Made by a program: the position numbers and the translations under genes
Part shown: positions 1 through 9,116 of the stretch, piece after piece
How positions within the stretch are numbered: position 1 is the first letter of the stretch
Layout of the letters: every line of letters starts with the position of its first letter
Notes under the pieces: model-generated
Told to the model about the DNA's origin: nothing
What the model saw: only the letters and a program-made list of their open reading frames with translations
The model's database searches: none
From: Betaproteobacteria bacterium UBA5216
GTDB taxonomy: Bacteria; Pseudomonadota; Gammaproteobacteria; Burkholderiales; SG8-41
Direction of reading: 5' to 3'
Assembly: GCA_002412495.1 (NCBI GenBank)
Contig: DHVE01000129.1
Location: 45,050-109,049 of the forward strand
DNA length: 64,000 nt

Positions 1-1358
1 GGCGGATCGCGCAGCAGGTTATGCGCGCAGAACACGATGCACGACCGCAGTTCCTCGCACACTTGATACTGATGTTTATCCGGCAATTCAATAAAAAAGC
101 GGCGCAGGCGCTGCGCGGAAACCCGGGCCGCGATGCCCGCCGGATAGATGCCCGCGCGGGCAATCGCGAGCGCGTCTTCGCTGGTATCGCTGGCAAACAC
201 CTGTACGGGGCAGCGCTTGCCGGCCGCCCGCACCCGCTCGCACAGCAGCATCGCGATGGAATACGCCTCCTCGCCGGTGGCAACGCCCGCGACCCACACC
301 CGGATCGCCTCGTCCGCCCCGCGTGACGCGACCAGCGGCACTATCACCTCCGCGTCCAGGTCATCCCATGCCGCCTGGTCGCGAAAGAACTCGGTAACCC
401 CGATCAACAGATCCTTGAACAAGGCATCGGCCTCGCGCGCTTCCGCCGCAAGCACGCGCACATAATCGGCCGGCTGTTTAACGCCCCTGAGCCCCATTCT
501 GCGCTGAATGCGCCGCAACAGCATCGCGCGCTTGTAGCCGCTGAAATCGAAACCGTGGCGCGAACGCATGAGTTCCATGATCTGCCCCAGTGCGCCGCTA
601 ACAGCGGACGGCATGGCGCCCTCGGCGTACGGATGACGCGCATATTCAATCAGCGCCCGCGGCATCTTCGCGATGGGCAACACCGCGCTCACCAGTCCGG
701 TTTGGATGGCACTGCGCGGCATGCCGTCGAACTGCGCCGAGTCCGGCTGCTGAGCAATTACCATGCCGCCGTTCTCCACGATAGTCCTGAGTCCAAAAGC
801 GCCGTCCGCGCCGCTGCCCGAGAAAATGATGCCTATCGCCCGCTCGCGCTGATCTTCACCGAGCGCGCGAAAAAAATGGTCGATCGGCAGACGCCGCTCG
901 TCGCCCGCCGCCGCCCGGGTGAGGCGAAGCACGCCCCCCTTGATCGACACGATGGTGCCGGGCGGACTGGTATAAACGTGGTTGGGCGCGACCTGCACGC
1001 CGTGTTCGGCCTCTGTCACCGGCATCGCGGTGCATTTGGCGAGTAATTCCGCGGCCAGACTCTTGTGCTGCGGGTCAAGGTGCTGGATCACGACAAAGGC
1101 AACGCCACTGCCGGCCGGCATCGCCCGCAGAAACTCCCTGATCGCATCAAGTCCGCCAGCCGACGCCCCGATGCCGACAATACAGGGCGCGCCATACCCA
1201 CGGCCCGCCGGCTTTTTCATGGCATTCTTGGTCTTTGCGGTCTTTGCGTTCTTCGCAGCCGTCGCAGTGCCCACGGCCTGACTAACGCCGGTTCGTACCC
1301 CGCGACGCGAGGGCGCCGATTTCCGGCTTTTGCTTATTCCGCCATTTCCCAGCGCCAT
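1..1358 (-). CDS. CheB methylesterase / CheR methyltransferase fusion protein (N-terminal part; ORF runs off the window start)
   Basis: Minus-strand translation reads ...CIVGIGASAGGLDAIREFL...VVIQHL (CheB-like), then ...FDFSGYKRAMLLRRIQRRM...TEFFRD...VWVAGVATGEEAYSIAMLL (CheR SAM-MTase). It is absent from the ORF track because there is no stop in the window. ATG 1358 has GGAG upstream; ATG 1220 is an alternative start. Confidence 0.8.
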   Translation of the reverse strand, partial: MALGNGGISKSRKSAPSRRGVRTGVSQAVGTATAAKNAKTAKTKNAMKKPAGRGYGAPCIVGIGASAGGLDAIREFLRAMPAGSGVAFVVIQHLDPQHKSLAAELLAKCTAMPVTEAEHGVQVAPNHVYTSPPGTIVSIKGGVLRLTRAAAGDERRLPIDHFFRALGEDQRERAIGIIFSGSGADGAFGLRTIVENGGMVIAQQPDSAQFDGMPRSAIQTGLVSAVLPIAKMPRALIEYARHPYAEGAMPSAVSGALGQIMELMRSRHGFDFSGYKRAMLLRRIQRRMGLRGVKQPADYVRVLAAEAREADALFKDLLIGVTEFFRDQAAWDDLDAEVIVPLVASRGADEAIRVWVAGVATGEEAYSIAMLLCERVRAAGKRCPVQVFASDTSEDALAIARAGIYPAGIAARVSAQRLRRFFIELPDKHQYQVCEELRSCIVFCAHNLLRDP

Positions 1359-1529
1359 GATCTCTTATCTCCAGCACCGCTCGCCGCCGCGGCGATCCCC
1401 GCTCATGAATTGACCTAACTTTAACCGCAATTCCCATGGGCGTCGATACGCCGCACCCCGCCACGGCGCCAGCGCCCTACCCGGTGAGCAAGGTCCGCCG
1501 AGACACTCGATCCAGCCGGCGTCTACCCG

Positions 1530-2117
1530 TTATTGCGCCTGCGCGCCGAGCACGCGCACCTTCGCCAGCCACTGCTCGCGCACCGCATTATCCGGCGCGT
1601 CAACCATGCCGATCAGGGTTTCGTCTATCGGGGCTATGCCGCAGAAACCGAGGATATTACGTTCCAGATTCTTGACGCTGTGCGCGCGAAAATAAAACCG
1701 GTAAACCGCCGCGGGCATGCCCATGGTGACGATCAGGCGGGCTGACTTTCCGGTCAGCAATTTTTTGCTGAATGGCCCGCGCTCGCCGGCGGCAAATGCG
1801 AATCCGGGCCGCAGCACCTGCTCAAAGAACCCCTTCAGATACGCCGGCATGTCCCCCAGCCATAACGGAAACACCACCACCAGATGATCGGCCCACTGGA
1901 TCGTGGCGCGCGCATTGTTCAACGCCGGCGGCAAGTCGCCTAGCTCCCACGCCTCTTTGGAATTCAATAAGGGAAAATGCAGGCGCGCCACGTCGATCAT
2001 CTTGACTTCGTGTTTCGCGTCGCGGGCCGCCTGCGCATACGCCTGCGCCAGCGCATGTCCAAAGTGAAAGGAATTGGGATCGGGATGCCCCTGAATGATG
2101 GCTATGTGTTTGGTCAT
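1530..2117 (-). CDS. NAD(P)H:quinone oxidoreductase, flavodoxin-like fold (Flavodoxin_2 / KefF-MdaB-like)
   Basis: MTKHIAIIQGHPDP...HLVVVFPLWLGDMPAYLKGFFEQV is typical of this family. The start was trimmed from the track ORF (2210) to ATG 2117. Confidence 0.75.
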   Translation of the reverse strand: MTKHIAIIQGHPDPNSFHFGHALAQAYAQAARDAKHEVKMIDVARLHFPLLNSKEAWELGDLPPALNNARATIQWADHLVVVFPLWLGDMPAYLKGFFEQVLRPGFAFAAGERGPFSKKLLTGKSARLIVTMGMPAAVYRFYFRAHSVKNLERNILGFCGIAPIDETLIGMVDAPDNAVREQWLAKVRVLGAQAQ

Positions 2118-2215
2118 GATGATCGCTCTCGGGGTTATCGCGCGCCGGGCGTGCGTCGAACGGCAAATAATGCACCTTACACAGCGAAACATAGCGCGTA
2201 TTCGCTTCATGGCGA

Positions 2216-2229
2216 TTGACGCATATCAA
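2216..2229. promoter_or_regulatory. FNR/CRP-family box TTGACGCATATCAA
   Basis: One mismatch to TTGAT-N4-ATCAA. The centre is about 105 nt upstream of the ATG at 2117. Confidence 0.5.
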
Positions 2230-2761
2230 CCGCAATTACGTGCTGCGCACCGGCGTGGCCGCGCCCCATGCCTCGGAGTCGAGATAACGCGGGTTGCCGG
2301 CGCATATTGAATGCGTTCGATCGAACGGTTGCGGAACACCAATGTGCCAGGGGTCACCACCACTTCGTGACCCAGCCAGTAGGCTTCGACGCCTTCCAGC
2401 AGAAAGCACGCGCCGAGACGTTCGCCGAGTCCCACTACTTCTGCAAACCTTGCATCAGGTTAGCGCCGCCCGTGCGCAGGGTTTCCGCCGGCACTTCGCC
2501 GGTGGTGACGACAAAATTCGACGGTACGAACCTATCGAGCAATTGCCGCATCACGAACATCACCACCTGTTCGTGATGCGGCGACACGCCATTTACCATG
2601 TATTTCGGTGGTGGCGTTGTAGCACCGCTGCTGATAAAACTGAAACGCGCGGTAGTACGAGTTAAACGGCTACCGCCGCCAGCCCCCATGCGTAAAGCGC
2701 GTGTCCTGCGGCAACAGCTCGATGCAGGCGGGACACGGCCCGCGCGCCACCAAGCGGCCAC
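2226..2761 (-). pseudogene. phaC: Remnant of a PHA synthase (phaC) gene: internal N-terminal-region fragment, frameshifted and truncated
   Basis: Two adjacent minus-strand ORFs in different frames (2435-2761, 2226-2435). They read ...FVMRQLLDRFVPSNFVVTTGEVPAETLRTGGANLMQG and ...YWLGHEVVVTPGTLVFRNRSIERIQYAPAT...HGARP. These match the class I PhaC segments ...WVDAMSPANFLATNPEAQRLLIESGGESLRAG and ...FEVGRNVAVTEGAVVFENEYFQLLQYKPLT..HARP. No lipase-box or catalytic domain follows. Confidence 0.55.
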
Positions 2762-2804
2762 GCATCGCCGTCGCGACGCGAATCACGCTCGCGAAGACGC
2801 GCCA

Positions 2805-3251
2805 TCAGCGATACACCAGCACCGGAATTTTGGAATGCGACAACACGCCCGAGGTCTGGCTGCCGAGGATGAACTGCTTCACGCCGCCATGACCGTGCGA
2901 ACCCATCACGATGAGATCGCAATCGTTTTCACGCGCGGTCTCGACAATCGCGTGGTGAGGTGGGTCATCCACCACCACCACGGTGGCGCAGGTCACGCCC
3001 GACTGTTCCGCCTCGGCCGCGAATTGTTCCAGTATCCCCCGCGCACGCTCGGCCATGTCGTTCTCCCAGCCTTTGCGGTTCGCCTTCAACACCGGCGGCG
3101 GATACCCCTTGTCCGCCAGGTGCTGATAGGTCGGGCACGCCATCATCGCGCTAAGCCGGCTCTTTTCCCGCTTGGCGAGATCTATCGCGCGGCGGCCCGC
3201 CTTTAAGGACAGGCCGCTACCGTCGAGTGGAACCAAAATATGCTTGAACAT
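2805..3251 (-). CDS. Universal stress protein (UspA family)
   Basis: MFKHILVPLDGS...DLIVMGSHGHGGVKQFILGSQTSGVLSHSKIPVLVYR carries the canonical USP ATP-binding motif. Confidence 0.9.
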   Translation of the reverse strand: MFKHILVPLDGSGLSLKAGRRAIDLAKREKSRLSAMMACPTYQHLADKGYPPPVLKANRKGWENDMAERARGILEQFAAEAEQSGVTCATVVVVDDPPHHAIVETARENDCDLIVMGSHGHGGVKQFILGSQTSGVLSHSKIPVLVYR

Positions 3252-3261
3252 CGCGCCCGGA

Positions 3262-3708
3262 TCAGCGGTACACCAGCACCGGGATCTTCGAATGCGACAG
3301 TACGCGCGAAGTCTCGCTGCCGAGGATGAACTGCTTCATGCCGCCATGGCCGTGCGATCCAATGACAACCACGTCACAACCGCTTTTATTCGCGGTGTCG
3401 ATAATGGCTTCATGGGGCGAATCGTGGAACGCGTGTACGGCCTTGCATTTCACGCCTGCCTTGGCGGCTTCGGCCTCGATGACCCCGAGCACTTTCTTGG
3501 CGCGTTCGGCCACGTCGGCCTTCCAGCGCTGACGCGCGGCGCCAGCGAGCGGCGCCACAAAACCCTCGTCGGTCAGTTGCTTGTAAGTAGGTGACACCAG
3601 CAGCACGCTCAGTTTGGCGCTGAACACCTTCGCCAGCTCTATCGCCTGCCGCGCCGCCTGCATCGAAAGTTCACTGCCATCCACCGGGGTTAATACATGG
3701 GTAAACAT
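3262..3708 (-). CDS. Universal stress protein (UspA family)
   Basis: MFTHVLTPVDGS...VVVIGSHGHGGMKQFILGSETSRVLSHSKIPVLVYR. ATG 3708 is preceded by AAGGAAAAA. Confidence 0.9.
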   Translation of the reverse strand: MFTHVLTPVDGSELSMQAARQAIELAKVFSAKLSVLLVSPTYKQLTDEGFVAPLAGAARQRWKADVAERAKKVLGVIEAEAAKAGVKCKAVHAFHDSPHEAIIDTANKSGCDVVVIGSHGHGGMKQFILGSETSRVLSHSKIPVLVYR

Positions 3709-3748
3709 GATTTTTCCTTTCAAGTTATTCTGGTTGTGTGGTTTTGAT

Positions 3749-4504
3749 TCAATCGTGGTTCTGTCCTGCCCCGATCACCTGCTCCAATCCGGCGTGATCG
3801 AGTATGTGCAATTGCCGGTTGTTTACTTCTATCAGTCCCGCCTTTTTCAGCCGCGACAGACAGCGGCTTACCGTCTCCAGCGTGAGGCCCAGGTAATTGC
3901 CGATGTCCTCGCGCGCCATGGGCAGGATGAATTCGTTCGGCGACTGGCCGCGCGTCTTGAATCGCTGCGCAAAATTGATCAGAAACGCAGCCACGCGCTC
4001 GTCGGCCTGCATCCGGCCCAGCAGCACCATCACGCCCTGGTCGCGCACCAGTTCGCGGCTCAAGAGGCTCTGCACGTAGCCTTGCACCGGTTCGGCCCGG
4101 CGCGACAGTTGCATCAGGCTTTGATACGGCACGGCGCAGACCCAAGCGTCCTCAAGCGCGACGGCCTCGCTCGGATGCGTGCTGGCGCCGATGGCATCAA
4201 TGCCGAGGCTGTCGCCCGCGAGGTGAAAGCCGGTGATCTGTTCGCGCCCGTCGTGCAGCATCATCACGGATTTGAATGCGCCGGTCTTGACAAAATAAAG
4301 GTGGGTAAAGGCTTCGCCAGCACGATACAGCCGTTCGCCCATGGCAAGGCGCTTGTGCTGGAACACCAGTCCGATGAATTCATCGCGCTCGCCGGCGTCC
4401 AGCCCGGCAGGCACGCATACGGCGTGAAGGCGGCAGTGTTCGCAACTGTCCTTGCGCGCCACCGGGTTCACCGCGCGCAGATGCGTGTGCGTGAGGGGCG
4501 GCAT
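3749..4504 (-). CDS. fnr: FNR-type oxygen-sensing Crp/Fnr transcription regulator, paralog 1
   Basis: KDSCEHCRLHAVC (C-X2-C-X5-C) plus an internal Cys in AWVCAVPY match the FNR [4Fe-4S] ligands. A cNMP-like domain and the C-terminal HTH REDIGNYLGLTLETVSRCLSRL are present. The track ORF extends to 4603; ATG 4504 gives an E. coli-FNR-like N-terminus (see uORF finding). Confidence 0.9.
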   Translation of the reverse strand: MPPLTHTHLRAVNPVARKDSCEHCRLHAVCVPAGLDAGERDEFIGLVFQHKRLAMGERLYRAGEAFTHLYFVKTGAFKSVMMLHDGREQITGFHLAGDSLGIDAIGASTHPSEAVALEDAWVCAVPYQSLMQLSRRAEPVQGYVQSLLSRELVRDQGVMVLLGRMQADERVAAFLINFAQRFKTRGQSPNEFILPMAREDIGNYLGLTLETVSRCLSRLKKAGLIEVNNRQLHILDHAGLEQVIGAGQNHD

Positions 4505-4858
4505 CACGAAGTGGAGCAACGTGTGGCCGCGTGGGCGGCCGTATGGATGCGGGTCTGTGTCAGCATGGTCGGTCTCCGTTGCTTTGCATAGCGCTTCAAT
4601 CATTGCGGTTCAACTGCATGACCGAACTGTAAGCATACGCCCTCGGCGCCGGTATCGGCGGCGTCTTAAACTCGCATGGGACTATCGCCGCGCGGCGCTC
4701 GGACGCCACCTAACGGGCGGTAGGACTTTTCTGATGCCCGGCGGCCGCCGTGGCGTAACGTGAGGTGGGAATGACTCGAAAGACACATATAAATATCGTT
4801 TATAAACAATGCATTACGAAATTTTGCGACAGCAAAAACCCGTTCCTAAACGAAGCAG

Positions 4859-7501
4859 TCAGCGCCTTGCCATGTGACCGTTCAAGCGGCGAAAAAATAC
4901 CCGTTTACTCCACTCCACCAGCAGCAGGTAGAGCGCCACCATCACCGCGAGCAGCCCAAAATACGCGGCCGGCAAGGCCACAAAGCCGAACACTCCCGCA
5001 AGCGGACTAAACGGCAGCCACATCCCCAGCAGCACAACACCCAGCGACATTGCCACCAATCCGGCGGCCGGCCTGCTGTCAAACAGAGGGCGCCGCGTGC
5101 GTATGACAAAAATCACCAGCACCTGTGTCGCCAGCGACTCGACAAACCAACCGGTGCGAAACAACGCTTCATTCGCGGCAAACAAATGCAGCATCACATA
5201 AAACGTCAGCAGATCGAACAGGGAACTGACCGGCCCGACCGTCAACATGAAATTGCGAATCAGGCTGATGTCCCACGGACGCGGCCGCGTCAATTCCTCT
5301 TCGTCGCTGTTGTCGAACGGAATGGCAAATTCCGAAACGTCATAGAGCAGATTGTTAAGCAAGATCTGAATCGGCAGCATCGGCAGAAAGGGCAGTACGG
5401 CGGAACCCACCGCCACGCTCGCCATGTTGCCAAAGTTGGAACTGGTGGCCATCATTACGTACTTGAACACATTGTTTTGCGCGCGACGTCCTTCGCGCAC
5501 GCCGTCGAGCAGCACGCGCAGATCGTGTTTGAGCAGGATGACATCCGCGGCCTCCTTCGCCACATCGACACCGGTATCGACCGAAATGCCGACATCGGCT
5601 GCATGCAGCGCCGGGGCGTCGTTGATACCGTCGCCCATGAAACCCACCGCGTGCCCGCCGCGCCGCAACAGCGCGATGACGCGGCTCTTTTGTGCTGGTG
5701 ACACACGGCAAATCAGGTTCACGCTTTCCAGTTGCGCCAGCAATGCGTGATCATCCAGCGCCGCGATTTGCGCGCCGCTCAACACGCCCGTAATGGCAAT
5801 CCCGGTCTCGCGGCACACGTGCCGCGCCACGCCTTCGTGGTCGCCGGTGACGATCTTTACCGCGATTCCGGCCTGCGCCAGCGCCGCCACCGCCTCGCCC
5901 GCCTCCGCGCGCGGCGGATCGAAGAACGCGGCAAATCCGCAGAACACCAATCCCGCTTCATCATCGATCAGCGCGTGTTCCTGCGTGCGCGGTGTTTCGC
6001 GCCAGGCCACGGCAATCACCCGCAGGCCGTCTTCTTCCAGCGCCTGAAAACGCGCCAACAGGCGGCGGCGAACGGTGTCGTCCGCGGCCATGATGCGTCC
6101 CTCGCCACCGGCTTCAAATTCGGTGCAGTGGCTGATGATGGCTTCCGGCGCGCCCTTGACGATCAATAGCCGCCGCGCGCCATCGTCCAGCAATACCGCC
6201 ACCCTGCGGCGCTCGAAATCGAACGGCACTTCATCGATCTTGCGCCAGCGGCCGGCATTAAATGCAGCGTGGCGCAGAATCGCGTCGTCGAGCGGACTCT
6301 TGATGCCGCTCTCGAAGTAGCTGTTGGCCTGCGCGAGTTCCAGCACGCGGGAGTTCTCGGCGCCGGCTTCGTTGACATGCCGCTCCAGCACGATATTCGC
6401 CTCGGTCAGCGTGCCGGTCTTGTCGGTACACAGCGTGTCAATGCCGCCAAGGTTATGTATCGCCGCCTGGCGCTTGATGATCACGCCCTTGTGCGCCATG
6501 CGCAGCGCGCCGCGCGCCAGACTCACGGTGACAATCATCGGCAATAACTCCGGCGTGAGTCCCACCGCCAGCGCCACCGAGAACATGAACGATTCCAGCC
6601 ACGCGCGATGCAAAGCGGCGTTGACCAGCAGCACGAACAGCACCAGCAGCAGCGTCATGCGCAGGATCAGCAGCCCAAAACGCCGGCTGCCTTCTTCCAG
6701 CGGATTCGGCCCGGCATGGCCGGTCAACTGTTGCGCAATGCCGGCAAGCCGCGTATCACTGCCGGTTTGGCATACCAGCATACGCGCCGTGCCGCTCACC
6801 ACCGAGGTATTCATGAATACCGCATGCGGCACGGCATCGTCTTCCGCCAACGGCGTGGCGACGACCGGCACGGATTGCGCCACGCTGGCATGTTTTTCCA
6901 CCGGAAACGGCTCGCCGGTCAGCAGCGCCTGGTTCACGAACAGATCGCGCGCCTCGAGCAGCACGCCATCCGCCGGCACAATATCGCCGGCGCGCAGCAA
7001 TGCCACGTCACCGGGCACCACGTCGCGAAGCGGCCGTTCCACCGCGACGCCGTCGCGCAGCAGTGTAGCCGTGCAGGAGACCGATTCGCGCAGTTTATCG
7101 ATTGCGCGCTCCGCGCGATATTCCTGCGCGAAGTCGAGCGAGACCGATAGCACAATAATGACACCGATGACGTAAGAACTGGCTGCGTCGCCGGTGATGA
7201 ACGACATTACGCTGGCCGCCAGCAGCAGTACCACCAGTGGATTGCGAAAGCGCGACAGGAATTCGGCCGCCAGCAACCGCCGGCGGTGCGGCGCGGGCTG
7301 ATTCGGCCCATGCCGCTGCAGACGCTGGCGCGCGTCGGCGGTGGCAAGACCGCCAGCGCCCGAGTTCAGCGCTTGCATCAGCGCATCCGGCCGTTCCCGC
7401 CGCCTGGCCGCGTTGAGCGGGTCTGGCGTCTTCGCTATGCGAGGCAACGATGCGGAAGGCACGATCAACCTCCCCGTCAGCCGGGCGCCTCGTGCGCCCA
7501 A
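4859..7501 (-). CDS. mgtA: Magnesium-importing P-type ATPase (MgtA/MgtB type)
   Basis: DKTGTLT, MGDGINDAPAL, ARDLFVNQALLTGEPFPVEK and LLYDVSEFAIPFDNSDEEELTRPRPW closely match MgtA signatures. The start is uncertain (TTG 7501 or ATG 7378). Confidence 0.85.
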   Translation of the reverse strand: MGARGARLTGRLIVPSASLPRIAKTPDPLNAARRRERPDALMQALNSGAGGLATADARQRLQRHGPNQPAPHRRRLLAAEFLSRFRNPLVVLLLAASVMSFITGDAASSYVIGVIIVLSVSLDFAQEYRAERAIDKLRESVSCTATLLRDGVAVERPLRDVVPGDVALLRAGDIVPADGVLLEARDLFVNQALLTGEPFPVEKHASVAQSVPVVATPLAEDDAVPHAVFMNTSVVSGTARMLVCQTGSDTRLAGIAQQLTGHAGPNPLEEGSRRFGLLILRMTLLLVLFVLLVNAALHRAWLESFMFSVALAVGLTPELLPMIVTVSLARGALRMAHKGVIIKRQAAIHNLGGIDTLCTDKTGTLTEANIVLERHVNEAGAENSRVLELAQANSYFESGIKSPLDDAILRHAAFNAGRWRKIDEVPFDFERRRVAVLLDDGARRLLIVKGAPEAIISHCTEFEAGGEGRIMAADDTVRRRLLARFQALEEDGLRVIAVAWRETPRTQEHALIDDEAGLVFCGFAAFFDPPRAEAGEAVAALAQAGIAVKIVTGDHEGVARHVCRETGIAITGVLSGAQIAALDDHALLAQLESVNLICRVSPAQKSRVIALLRRGGHAVGFMGDGINDAPALHAADVGISVDTGVDVAKEAADVILLKHDLRVLLDGVREGRRAQNNVFKYVMMATSSNFGNMASVAVGSAVLPFLPMLPIQILLNNLLYDVSEFAIPFDNSDEEELTRPRPWDISLIRNFMLTVGPVSSLFDLLTFYVMLHLFAANEALFRTGWFVESLATQVLVIFVIRTRRPLFDSRPAAGLVAMSLGVVLLGMWLPFSPLAGVFGFVALPAAYFGLLAVMVALYLLLVEWSKRVFFRRLNGHMARR

Positions 7502-7552
7502 TGCCTCGGGCGAGCCTTCATCGCTCTTATGCCGCGTTAACGTTATGCCGCG

Positions 7553-7999
7553 CTATCGGTACACCACCACCGGTATTTTTGAGTGCGACAGCACGCGCGC
7601 GGTCTCGCTGCCCAGAATGAATTGCTTCATGCCGCCGTAACCGTGCGACCCCATCACCACGACATCACACGCTTTATTCTGCGCGGTGTCGATGATCGCC
7701 TGATAGGGCGCATCGCCGAATACATGCACGGAGTTGCATTGCACGCCGGCCCTGCCGGCCTCCACGCAAATTTTATCGAGTACCGCTTGCGCGCGCCCGG
7801 TCACCTCCTCCTCCCAGCGCTCGCGTATCACATGCACCGTGGGCGCCACAAAGCCCTCTTCGAAATGCCGCCGGTACGTGGGCGACACCATCATTGAAGT
7901 CAATTTCGCGCCACACAGTTTGGCCAATTCGATGCCATGCCGTGCTGCGCTCATCGATAAGTCACTGCCGTCCACCGGAACCAGTACATGGTTAAACAT
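7553..7999 (-). CDS. Universal stress protein (UspA family)
   Basis: MFNHVLVPVDGS...VVVMGSHGYGGMKQFILGSETARVLSHSKIPVVVYR. Confidence 0.9.
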   Translation of the reverse strand: MFNHVLVPVDGSDLSMSAARHGIELAKLCGAKLTSMMVSPTYRRHFEEGFVAPTVHVIRERWEEEVTGRAQAVLDKICVEAGRAGVQCNSVHVFGDAPYQAIIDTAQNKACDVVVMGSHGYGGMKQFILGSETARVLSHSKIPVVVYR

Positions 8000-8060
8000 G
8001 GTTTTCCCCTTAAAAGTGTTGCCAGTTATTCGATTTTGCCGTTGTAGTTACTTCGTTACT

Positions 8061-8885
8061 TCAATCGTGGTTCTGTCCTGCCCCGATCACCTGCTCCAAG
8101 CCGGCGTGATCGAGTATGCGCAACTGCCGGTTGTTCACTTCTATCAGTCCCGCTTTTTTCAGCCGCGACAGGCAGCGGCTCACCGTCTCCAGCGTGAGAC
8201 CCAGGTAATTGCCGATGTCTTCGCGTACCATGGGCAGGATGAATTCGTTCGGCGACTGGCCGCGTGTCTTGAATCGCTGCGCCAGATTGATCAGAAACAC
8301 CGCCACGCGCTCTTCGGCCTGCATCCGGCCCAGCAGCAGCATCACGCCCTGGTCGCGCACCAGTTCGCGGCTCAAGAGGTTCTGCACGTAGCTTTGCACC
8401 GGTTCGGCGCGGCGCGACAACTGCATCAGGCTCTGATACGGCACGGCGCAAACCCAAGCCTCTTCGATCGCCACGGCCTCGCTCGGATGCGCGCTGTCGC
8501 CAATGGCATCAATACCCAGCATATCTCCCGCCAAATGAAAGCCGGTGATCTGTTCGCGCCCGTCGTGCAGCATCATCACGGATTTGAATGCGCCGGTCTT
8601 GACGAAATAAAGATGGGTAAAGGCTTCGCCAGCACGATACAAACGCTCGCCCACGGCGAAGCGCTTGTGCTGGAACACCAGGCCGATGAATTCATCGCGC
8701 TCGCCGGCGTCCAGCCCATCCGGTACGCATACGGCGTGAAGGCGACAGTTTTCGCAGTTGTCCTTGCGCGCCACGGGATTCACCGCGCGCAGATGCGTGC
8801 GTGTGAGAGGCAGCCTCACGGGATGTAACACCGTGTGGCCGCGGGGGGTGGCCGCATGGGCAGGGGCATGGGTCTGTGTCAGCAT
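8061..8885 (-). CDS. fnr: FNR-type oxygen-sensing Crp/Fnr transcription regulator, paralog 2
   Basis: About 18 substitutions over about 245 aligned residues versus paralog 1. Same KDNCENCRLHAVC and AWVCAVPY Cys set. ATG 8885 (MLTQTH...) has GGAG upstream. Confidence 0.9.
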   Translation of the reverse strand: MLTQTHAPAHAATPRGHTVLHPVRLPLTRTHLRAVNPVARKDNCENCRLHAVCVPDGLDAGERDEFIGLVFQHKRFAVGERLYRAGEAFTHLYFVKTGAFKSVMMLHDGREQITGFHLAGDMLGIDAIGDSAHPSEAVAIEEAWVCAVPYQSLMQLSRRAEPVQSYVQNLLSRELVRDQGVMLLLGRMQAEERVAVFLINLAQRFKTRGQSPNEFILPMVREDIGNYLGLTLETVSRCLSRLKKAGLIEVNNRQLRILDHAGLEQVIGAGQNHD

Positions 8886-9116
8886 GGTCGGTCTCCGTTG
8901 CAAGGTTCAATCACTGGGTTCAAAGGCATGACTGAACTGTAGGCATGCGGCTTCGGCGCCGGTATCGGCGGCGTCTTAAACTCGCGTGGGACTATCGCTA
9001 CGCGGCACTCGGATACCGCCTACGCGGGGTAGGACTTTTCCGAACAGGCGGGGGCGGCAGAACGCAGCCCCCTTTCGGGAGTCTCTAAAACTTATTAATT
9101 AACAATTACTTACCTA

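Noticed and set aside
4596-4620. FNR autoregulatory box at the fnr1/fnr2 5-prime ends (TTCAATCATTGCGGTTCAA / GGTTCAATCACTGGGTTCAA)
   Set aside because: The sequences are direct GGTTCAA-type repeats, not TTGAT-N4-ATCAA palindromes, and no half-site pair reaches 4/5 plus 4/5.
7502-7552. Mg2+-responsive leader (M-box or mgtL-type) upstream of mgtA
   Set aside because: Only 51 nt are available if TTG 7501 is the start. With the alternative ATG 7378 a 174-nt leader would exist, but I could not recognise M-box conserved cores by eye. A covariance-model scan is needed.
9050-9075. Rho-independent terminator (GGGGGC-N11-GCCCCC-TTT) downstream of the DUF4010 gene
   Set aside because: The T-run follows the hairpin on the plus strand, whereas both flanking genes are on the minus strand, where the hairpin is followed by GCCTGTTCGG. 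The orientation does not fit a canonical terminator for either gene.
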